This document shows positions 57,119 through 64,000 of a DNA stretch of 64,000 nt, piece by piece. The notes below the pieces were generated by a model. The model worked only from the letters and a program-made list of their open reading frames with translations, searched no databases and was not told the DNA's origin. Source of the stretch: an archaeon GW2011_AR15 (GTDB lineage: Archaea > Nanobdellota > Nanobdellia > Woesearchaeales > GW2011-AR15); contig CP010425.1 of NCBI GenBank assembly GCA_000830295.1, forward strand, positions 640,001-704,000, in the 5' to 3' direction. The position numbers were made by a program, and so were the translations under genes. Position 1 is the first letter of the stretch, and every line of letters begins with the position of its first letter.

Positions 57119-58870
57119 ATGGTAAAGAGAATTGCTGTTATTGACAATAACAAGCTCAAGGATATGGAGAAGAAGAAGCATATCCAGAGCCTGTGCCCTG
57201 TCAACAGGAAAGGGGACGAATGCATGTACTTTGACGGTCCGAAGCTTCTGATAGATGAAGCCCTGTGCATAGGCTGCGGGATATGCGTTAATGCAGCTCC
57301 TGAGGCAATAAAGGTCATCAATCTTCCTGAGGCGCTTGAAAAAGACCCTATACACAGGTATGGGGAGAACCAGTTTGCCCTCTACAACCTGCCCATTCCT
57401 GTTTTCGGGAAAGTAACAGGAGTATTGGGAGTTAACGGCATAGGGAAGAGTACAGCAATAAAGATACTTGCAGGGGTGCTCAAGCCCAATCTCGGGAACA
57501 TCGGCATGGAGGCGGATATCAGGGACATAATCTCATATTTCAAGGGCTCAGAAGCCCAGCTTTATTTTGAGAAAGTAAGGAAAGGGGAGATAAGGACAGC
57601 CTACAAGCCGCAGCACGTCGACATGATTCCGAAGCAGTTTTCAGGCAAAGTCAGAGAGCTATTGGAGAAGGTTGATGAAAAAAAGCAGCTGAAAGGAATT
57701 GCTGAGAAATTCGAGCTCAATAAGATACTTGAAAGGGAAGTCAGGCATATTTCAGGCGGGGAGCTGCAGAGGGTTGCTATTGCAGCAACATTCCTCAAGA
57801 AAGCCAACCTCTATATTTTCGACGAGATAACCTCATACCTTGACATAAAGCAGCGCATCAAGGTGGCAGGCCATATCAGGGAGCTCGCAGACGAGCATAC
57901 AGCAGTTATTGTAATTGAGCACGACCTCATTGCGCTCGACTACATGGCAGACATGATAAACATAATGTACGGCAGCAAGGGAGTTTTCGGCGTTGTCTCC
58001 CAGCTGAGGCCCACAAAAAATGCAATAAACACTTTCCTTGAGGGCTACCTGAAAGAAGAGAATGTCAGGTTCAGGGATTATAAGATAAAATTCCAGGTAA
58101 GGAAGCCGTTCGGCGCAGTTGAGACAGCAACCCTTGTAAGCTGGCCGGACATGGAAAAAAAGCTCGGTGATTTCACGCTTAGGGCAGAGGCGGGTGAAAT
58201 CAACACCTATGAGAAAGTAGGGGTGCTGGGAGAGAACGGAATAGGAAAGACAAGTTTTGTAAGGATATTGTCAGGCGAGATGAGGCCTGACGGGAAAGAG
58301 CTTGATATGAAAGTAAAAGTATCCTACAAGCCCCAGTACCTTGAATCAGGTTCAGATGAGCTGGTCATGGTTGTATTGAAGGATGCAGTCTCCAAATATG
58401 AGACAGAGCTTATCAGGCCGCTGGAAATAAAGCCCCTCTTATTAAAAAAAATAAAAGAGCTTTCAGGCGGGGAACTGCAGAGGGTTGCTATTGCACTTTG
58501 CCTGTCAAGGGATGCAGACCTGCTGCTTCTTGACGAGCCCTCAGCATATCTTGATGTTGAGCAGAGGCTGAATGTCTCAAAAGTCATTTCAAATGTAGTA
58601 GAGCAGAGGAAAATATCTGCGCTTGTTGTTGACCACGACCTGTTGTTCCTGGATTACCTCTCAGACAGGCTGCTTGTTTTTGAGGGAGAGCCTGCTGTAA
58701 AGGGCATTGCAAAAGGGCCTTTCCAGATGGAGCAGGGTATGAACAGCCTTCTTAAGCATCTTGACATTACAATGAGAAGGGACGAGGCATCATCCAGGCC
58801 AAGGATAAACAAGCTTGAATCTGTGAAAGACAGGGAGCAGAAGGGCAAGGGCAAATATTACTATGCGTAA
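57119..58870 (+). CDS. rli: Ribosome recycling ATPase ABCE1/RLI
   Basis: RIAVID, CIGCGICV Fe-S region, two NBDs (GVNGIGKS, GENGIGKT), SGGELQRVAIA twice, RPRINKLES. Confidence 0.96.
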   Translation: MVKRIAVIDNNKLKDMEKKKHIQSLCPVNRKGDECMYFDGPKLLIDEALCIGCGICVNAAPEAIKVINLPEALEKDPIHRYGENQFALYNLPIPVFGKVTGVLGVNGIGKSTAIKILAGVLKPNLGNIGMEADIRDIISYFKGSEAQLYFEKVRKGEIRTAYKPQHVDMIPKQFSGKVRELLEKVDEKKQLKGIAEKFELNKILEREVRHISGGELQRVAIAATFLKKANLYIFDEITSYLDIKQRIKVAGHIRELADEHTAVIVIEHDLIALDYMADMINIMYGSKGVFGVVSQLRPTKNAINTFLEGYLKEENVRFRDYKIKFQVRKPFGAVETATLVSWPDMEKKLGDFTLRAEAGEINTYEKVGVLGENGIGKTSFVRILSGEMRPDGKELDMKVKVSYKPQYLESGSDELVMVVLKDAVSKYETELIRPLEIKPLLLKKIKELSGGELQRVAIALCLSRDADLLLLDEPSAYLDVEQRLNVSKVISNVVEQRKISALVVDHDLLFLDYLSDRLLVFEGEPAVKGIAKGPFQMEQGMNSLLKHLDITMRRDEASSRPRINKLESVKDREQKGKGKYYYA

Positions 58871-59504
58871 ACTCTTACTTGCAGCAGCGGCAATACTTGT
58901 TTTCTTCATCATACTTTTTTCATCCTTGTTTTCCTACATCTACAACACCAATTACTACGACAGAAAATATCAGCAGCATGGTGTCTATGACCGGTTCACA
59001 AGGAAAACTGCACTAAATGCAACTGGAAACCTATTCGGATATTTCAGGTCAGAGAACCAGCTTGACATGGATTTTTTCAGTGAACAGGAGGCAAGCCACC
59101 TCAGCGATGTAAAGCAGCTGATACAGAAAAGCCAGCAGCTCTATTATATCAGCATAACCCTGTTCTGGATAGCCCTGGTTGCCGTGTACCTGCTCGCCAG
59201 GAAAAGCTTTATGAGATTCTTTGCAGACATGATGCTTTATTCCGGCATATTTGCTGCCGCCTTGATTTTAATCTTTTCTCTCATATACTTAGTGGGCGGA
59301 TTTGATTTCATCTTCATAAAGTTCCACGAAATATTTTTCACAGGCAACTATGCATTCAACCCGGCTACAAGCAACATGAAAGCATTATTTCCAGATGCTT
59401 TTTTCAGGGATTTGAGTTTAACGATTGTTTTTGTAACCTTCCTGAAGGCAGGATTGCTGGCAGGAGCGGGTTATTTTTTAAGAACTAGACAACTTCGCCT
59501 GTAA
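58863..59504 (+). CDS. DUF1461-type integral membrane protein
   Basis: FSEQEASHLSDVKQL, FIKFHEIFF, LFPDAFF. Confidence 0.85.
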   Translation: MRKLLLAAAAILVFFIILFSSLFSYIYNTNYYDRKYQQHGVYDRFTRKTALNATGNLFGYFRSENQLDMDFFSEQEASHLSDVKQLIQKSQQLYYISITLFWIALVAVYLLARKSFMRFFADMMLYSGIFAAALILIFSLIYLVGGFDFIFIKFHEIFFTGNYAFNPATSNMKALFPDAFFRDLSLTIVFVTFLKAGLLAGAGYFLRTRQLRL

Positions 59505-60948
59505 CGCTCCTCAGCATATGGTCGGTTATCTTCACGTTAAAAAATTCTTTTAATGGCAGCCTGCCCTTGATCCCCACTATCAGCGGATAAGTGCCTATCT
59601 GCCTTGCGAATGTTGTCTTGCCGTCATACATTTTTGTATAGACTTCCCTCATTATACTGCCTTTTGGAAGCAGTCGCTGGAGCATGGGAAAGTCAATCTT
59701 CTGCCTTATGTCATTCCTCCATTTCCAGTAATATCTCTTGTTTTTCCTCAGGTACTTGTTCCCGAACTTCTTTTCCATGTCTGTTCCCGGCAGTATGGCA
59801 GCCTGCCTTATATTTATACGGCGAAGCATCCAGCCGTTGTCATAGATTTCCTGCAATGCCTTCATGTTGCACTCATGCGTGCTTTTGGTCTCATGGCCGA
59901 GCCCGTAGATTATGTTTATCCCGGGAAGGAATTTCGGCATGCCGTTTGGCCCCCTTTCAGAGCCAAGCTCATTAAGGATTTTTATTGCCTTCATTGCTAC
60001 AGGGGGGGTTGTATTCAGGGTATTTTCTTTTACGACAACAGGGTCAAATGATTCCACGCCGAATGCCGCTATGTTGCCCTCAGTGCAGTATTTTACGACT
60101 GCCTTTGTCTTCTCGAAATCCTTGTCACCAACAACAAAAACAGGATTCACGTTGTCTATGTGCAGGACTTTGATGTCAGGGCATTTCTCCCTTATCTCTT
60201 TCAGCAGCCTTACAGGGTCTTCAATCGAGTAGAAATCGCTCTGCTTTCCAAGCCTGAAATACCTGCAACCCATGTCATAATATAATTTGATCTCCTCAAC
60301 AATCTCATCAGTTTTCCTGTTCAGGAATTTATTTTTTATAGGCTCTGTGCAGAAACTGCAGTGGCCGATATTGCATCCTCTGCCTGTCTCAATCTCAATT
60401 ATCCTGTAATCGGGAATCTGCTTTATTATCCCTGCGCCTTTTATTGCATACTCCTGCATCCTGAAAACACCGAATTCAAACCCAAAGTTTTTCACTTCGT
60501 CAAAAACGCTCATGTCTCCCTTCTCGAAAAACTTGCCGCCCTCGAGCTGAGTCCCGTAGATTCCGGGACCTGTAAGGATTTTCTTGCAATTTAATTTCTT
60601 AAGCAGGGGAGTTATCTCCCTCAGCGTCCCGGGGACTGCTGTAAGGTATTTGCCGGGCACGTGCACGCCGAGATTTACAATAAGCGTGTCTGTTTCATCC
60701 AGGATTTTCGTTATGTCCTTTCTCGTCAGGTTGTATATCCTTATGTTGGTCTTGTCTTTTCCAGTCACTTCTTTTACTTTGTTGCCGTAAATCATGTTCA
60801 GCCTGAGGTCATCTATTGTGATGTATTTTGGGTCATAGCCTTTTGATTTCAGGATGCCGAAGATGTATCTCGGATAAGTCCCGAGATAAGGAGGCACGCC
60901 CAAGCCTGCTGCCTCATCAGTATAGCAGTCAAGTATTGTGTAGTTCAT
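59485..60948 (-). CDS. Archaeal radical SAM protein with TRAM-like C-terminus
   Basis: YTDEAAGLGVPPYL, ETGRGCNIGHCSFCTEP, LHIDNVNP, LRRINIRQ, ARQIGTYP; likely start MNYTILD at 60948. Confidence 0.9.
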   Translation of the reverse strand: MNYTILDCYTDEAAGLGVPPYLGTYPRYIFGILKSKGYDPKYITIDDLRLNMIYGNKVKEVTGKDKTNIRIYNLTRKDITKILDETDTLIVNLGVHVPGKYLTAVPGTLREITPLLKKLNCKKILTGPGIYGTQLEGGKFFEKGDMSVFDEVKNFGFEFGVFRMQEYAIKGAGIIKQIPDYRIIEIETGRGCNIGHCSFCTEPIKNKFLNRKTDEIVEEIKLYYDMGCRYFRLGKQSDFYSIEDPVRLLKEIREKCPDIKVLHIDNVNPVFVVGDKDFEKTKAVVKYCTEGNIAAFGVESFDPVVVKENTLNTTPPVAMKAIKILNELGSERGPNGMPKFLPGINIIYGLGHETKSTHECNMKALQEIYDNGWMLRRINIRQAAILPGTDMEKKFGNKYLRKNKRYYWKWRNDIRQKIDFPMLQRLLPKGSIMREVYTKMYDGKTTFARQIGTYPLIVGIKGRLPLKEFFNVKITDHMLRSVTGEVV

Positions 60949-61002
60949 TGTTACCAGAGAAATATGGATAGTTTTATAATTTATTGGAAAAATATCAAGC
61001 AT

Positions 61003-61701
61003 ATGATTTCCATTGTCATTCCCACGCTGAACGAGGGGAGATACCTTCCAAAGCTGCTCGGGTCCATAAAAAAGCAGACCTATAAGGATTATGAGCTCAT
61101 TGTGTCTGACAATTTTTCTAAAGACAATACAAGAAGAATAGCGAAGAAATACGGCTGCAGGGTTGTTGACGGAGGACTGCCCGGGAAGGCAAGAAACAAC
61201 GGCGCAAAGGCAGCGAAATATGACCTGGTGTTTATTGATGCTGATATAGTGCTGGCTGATAAAAGCTTCCTGAAAATATTTCTTGAAAAAATAAAAAAAG
61301 AAAACCTGGACATAGCGACGTGCAAGGTCCTGCCTGATTCCGGCAGACCGGATTACAGGTTCTATTATTTCCTGAAAAACTGGTTCAATAAAAATAATCC
61401 AATGAGGCATATCTCAGGCCAGTGCTTCTTCATAAAAAAAGAATTGTTTGAGAGCATAGGCGGATATGACGAGACCCTCCAGCTTGGAGAGGAGCATGAC
61501 CTTGTAAGGAGGGGGCTGAAGCACAAAGCCAGGTATAAATTTCTTGCCGGCCATTCTGTAATCAATTCAACAAGGCGGCTTGAGAAAGAGGGATTCTTCA
61601 GGCTGCTGTTCAAGTCCGCCTGCTCTGAGCTCTATGCAGTATTTTTCAGGAAGATAAAGAGAAAGCTCTTTGATTATGAGTTCGGAAATTATCAAAAATA
61701 A
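61003..61701 (+). CDS. GT2 glycosyltransferase
   Basis: ISIVIPTLNE, ARNNGA, FIDAD, IGGYDE. Confidence 0.92.
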   Translation: MISIVIPTLNEGRYLPKLLGSIKKQTYKDYELIVSDNFSKDNTRRIAKKYGCRVVDGGLPGKARNNGAKAAKYDLVFIDADIVLADKSFLKIFLEKIKKENLDIATCKVLPDSGRPDYRFYYFLKNWFNKNNPMRHISGQCFFIKKELFESIGGYDETLQLGEEHDLVRRGLKHKARYKFLAGHSVINSTRRLEKEGFFRLLFKSACSELYAVFFRKIKRKLFDYEFGNYQK

Positions 61702-62448
61702 CTATTCAAGCAGCAGCATAGAGGCCATTATGGCGATTCCCGCCACTATCCCAAGCAGCTGAAGGGCTGATTTCCTGACTTCTGTCTCTTTATGCAGTTC
61801 AGGTATAAGGTCGGAAGAAGCAATATATACAAAACCGCCTGCAGTTACGGGTATCAGCATCTGCACAAATCCTTCAAGGCTGCTGCCTATTACAAGCACA
61901 ATAAGCGCTCCGATTACTGAGGTGAGAGCGGAAAGGAAATTGTAGAAAAGCGCCTTTGCCGTTTTCATGCCGCTGTGAAGGAATATGGAAAAATCCCCTA
62001 TCTCCTGGGGGATCTCGTGGAGGACAACTGCCAGTGTTGTGGCAAACCCTATCCTGAAATCTATCAGGTATGAGCCTGCAATTATCATCCCGTCTATAAG
62101 GTTGTGAAGGGCATCTCCCACAAGGTTCATGAATGCAACAGGATGCGGATGATGCTTAGATGTCTCGATATGACAGTGCCTCCAGTGTATGAATTTCTCC
62201 AGAATAAAAAATATGAGGACGCCTCCAAGCAGGGAGAGTGAAACCTGAAGCGTGAAGCCGGTCTCTTCTATAATCTCAGGGAGCAGATGTATAAACGCAT
62301 CTCCCAGCAGGGCTCCTGTTGAGAAGCTTACAAGAAGCAATATCATTCCTTTCAGCCTTTCCTTTTTCAGGGCCAGTGTCAGAACCCCAGCAAAAGAAAC
62401 AAGGCTTACCAATACTACGCTTGCCAGAGATGCAATCCACGCGTCCAT
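61702..62448 (-). CDS. ZIP-family metal transporter
   Basis: AFIHLLPE, HWRHCH, GDALHNLIDG, HEIPQEIGD; likely start MDAWIAS at 62448. Confidence 0.93.
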   Translation of the reverse strand: MDAWIASLASVVLVSLVSFAGVLTLALKKERLKGMILLLVSFSTGALLGDAFIHLLPEIIEETGFTLQVSLSLLGGVLIFFILEKFIHWRHCHIETSKHHPHPVAFMNLVGDALHNLIDGMIIAGSYLIDFRIGFATTLAVVLHEIPQEIGDFSIFLHSGMKTAKALFYNFLSALTSVIGALIVLVIGSSLEGFVQMLIPVTAGGFVYIASSDLIPELHKETEVRKSALQLLGIVAGIAIMASMLLLE

Positions 62449-62512
62449 TTTGGCTCTTATGCAGTTGCAGGAAGTATATAAATTTATATAGTAAGATGGC
62501 AACAGGAAAAAT

Positions 62513-62689
62513 ATGTGTATCTTATGCATGGGTTCAGTCTGCACTAATGTGGGGTTGTGCCAGCCGGTCATATACAGCTATTTCAGCACCCTGCAGTATT
62601 TCATTGCCCTTGGGATTGGGGCCGCTATTGGCATAACTTACAAGGCAAGAGATAAAATAAAGAATTTTTTCAGGGGATTAAGAAGATAA
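62513..62689 (+). CDS. 58-aa Cys-rich single-TM micro-protein, absent from the ORF track
   Basis: MCILCMGSVCTNVGLCQPVIYSYFSTLQYFIALGIGAAIGITYKARDKIKNFFRGLRR; TTTATA upstream. Confidence 0.55.
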   Translation: MCILCMGSVCTNVGLCQPVIYSYFSTLQYFIALGIGAAIGITYKARDKIKNFFRGLRR

Positions 62690-63841
62690 AACATCCCTGA
62701 CTATCTTCACAACCTCATCAACATCCTTCTTTGTAAATATCAATGGTGGAAGGAACCTCAGCACTGTCGTACCTGTAGGAATTATTATGACGCCTTTGTC
62801 CTGCAGGTCTTTTGCGTATTTTGTGTTCTTTGTTTTCAGCTCTACTGCAATCATCAGCCCCAGGCCGCGGACTTCCCTTATTACAGGAGATTCAATTGTT
62901 CTCAGCTGTTCTATGAAATATTTGCCCACAGAAGCAGCATTCTCCAGTATCCTGTGCTTTTCAATATAGTCAAACGTTGCAAGCGACGCAGCGCATACAA
63001 GAGGGTTGCCCCCAAAAGTGTTTGTATGGGCTCCTGAAAATAATTTTGAGGAGATTTCCTCTGTTATCAGCACTGCTCCCATCGGAAGGCCGGAGGCGAT
63101 TCCCTTTGCCATGCATATCATGTCAGGCTCTACATTGAAATGCTCTATTGCAAACAGTTTTCCTGTCCTTCCCATTCCTGACTGTATCTCGTCAATAACA
63201 AGCAGGGCATTGTTCTGTTCGCAGAGCTTTTTCACCTTTACAAAGAAATCTTTGCCAGGAATCCTGATTCCGCCCTCTCCCTGTATGGGCTCGAGGAAAA
63301 CAGCTGCAGTCTTTTCGCTTATAACTTCTTTTAATGAATCAATATCATTGAATGAGAAGTGCTTAACATCCTGAAGCAGGGGCTCATAGGGCTCATTGTA
63401 TTTTTTCAGGGTGCTTGTCAGGCTCAGTGCTCCGATTGTCTTTCCGTGGTAGCCCATCTTTGCAGCAATGATCTCAGTCTTTCCTGTTGCCAGCCTTGAG
63501 AACTTTATGGCAGCCTCGACAGATTCAGTTCCCGTGTTGCTGAAAAAGACTTTTGTAAGATTCTTAGGAGAGACTTCAATTAATTTCTTGGCTATGAGCG
63601 ACCTCTTGTCATTTGTAAAAGAGCCATGCAGGTTTGTTATTCTTTCAAGCTGCTCTGCAACCGCCCTGTTTATCTCAGGGATATTATGCCCGAGTATGTT
63701 GACTCCCATGTTTGAGAAGCAGTCATAATATTTTTTCCCTGTTTCGTCATATACATAGATTCCTTTTCCCTTTACTATTGTCAGTCCCCTGCTTCCGTAA
63801 GTTGGGGCAATGTATTTTCCTGCCATTTCCTCATAATCCAT
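62678..63841 (-). CDS. lysJ: Class III PLP aminotransferase (LysJ/ArgD family)
   Basis: NTGTESVEAAIK, YHGKTIG, EPIQGEGG, DEIQSGMGRTG, AKGIASG, TFGGNPL, LRFLPPL. Confidence 0.8.
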   Translation of the reverse strand: MDYEEMAGKYIAPTYGSRGLTIVKGKGIYVYDETGKKYYDCFSNMGVNILGHNIPEINRAVAEQLERITNLHGSFTNDKRSLIAKKLIEVSPKNLTKVFFSNTGTESVEAAIKFSRLATGKTEIIAAKMGYHGKTIGALSLTSTLKKYNEPYEPLLQDVKHFSFNDIDSLKEVISEKTAAVFLEPIQGEGGIRIPGKDFFVKVKKLCEQNNALLVIDEIQSGMGRTGKLFAIEHFNVEPDMICMAKGIASGLPMGAVLITEEISSKLFSGAHTNTFGGNPLVCAASLATFDYIEKHRILENAASVGKYFIEQLRTIESPVIREVRGLGLMIAVELKTKNTKYAKDLQDKGVIIIPTGTTVLRFLPPLIFTKKDVDEVVKIVRDVLSS

Positions 63842-64000
63842 TTTCAATCACAGTTCCTTTTCCTTCTAATGCATCTTTAACAGGATGCTCTGTCCTGCCG
63901 TCTGAAATCAAAACCCTGCATTTTCCTGATTCAAACAGCTTCCTCAGGCTAAGCATCTTTCTTTTCATCCTGTCATCAACCTGCGCTTCCCTTTCTTTAA
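63831..64000 (-). CDS. C-terminal fragment of an amino-acid kinase (LysZ/ArgB-like)
   Basis: Minus-strand frame reads ...RMKRKMLSL...VLISDGRTEHPVKDALEGKGTVIENGL*, overlapping the lysJ start. Confidence 0.7.
   Translation of the reverse strand, partial: KEREAQVDDRMKRKMLSLRKLFESGKCRVLISDGRTEHPVKDALEGKGTVIENGL

Noticed and set aside
60949-61410. N-terminal extension of the radical SAM ORF (similarly gatD 23366-23476 and ZIP 62449-62571)
   Set aside because: Extensions overlap divergent genes or promoters; family-like sequence begins at the downstream Met.

Overview
Archaeal chromosome segment, most consistent with a DPANN lineage such as Woesearchaeota. The evidence is archaeal RadA, RPA, GatD, ABCE1, translin and archaeal-type ValRS/AsnRS, TATA-box promoters with many apparently leaderless genes, and many DPANN-style class III signal-peptide proteins. 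Housekeeping genes are interleaved with three surface-appendage loci. (1) 2.9-8.8 kb: a translationally coupled run of pilin-like genes ending in three peptidoglycan-hydrolase domains (M23 peptidase fused to a pilin-like N-terminus; lytic transglycosylase plus GH25 muramidase in one membrane-anchored protein). (2) 20.6-22.1 kb: a pilin-like protein ending in a HExxH domain. (3) 23.5-31.2 kb: five pilin-like genes, the last carrying a cohesin domain, followed by a 1447-aa Cys-rich protein with a dockerin-like motif. Non-coding signals missing from the ORF track: a leaderless 14-aa Val-Val-Val leader peptide with hairpin and U-tract upstream of valS; three ~70-bp double-hairpin inserts sitting between duplicated 3' ends of asnS and tRNA-His; an AT-rich gene flanked by a perfect 14-bp inverted repeat; a structured leader upstream of the radA locus; four PadR-type operator boxes; and an in-frame amber codon splitting a GHKL-ATPase/zincin gene. 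All family assignments come from motif recognition by eye; no searches were run.
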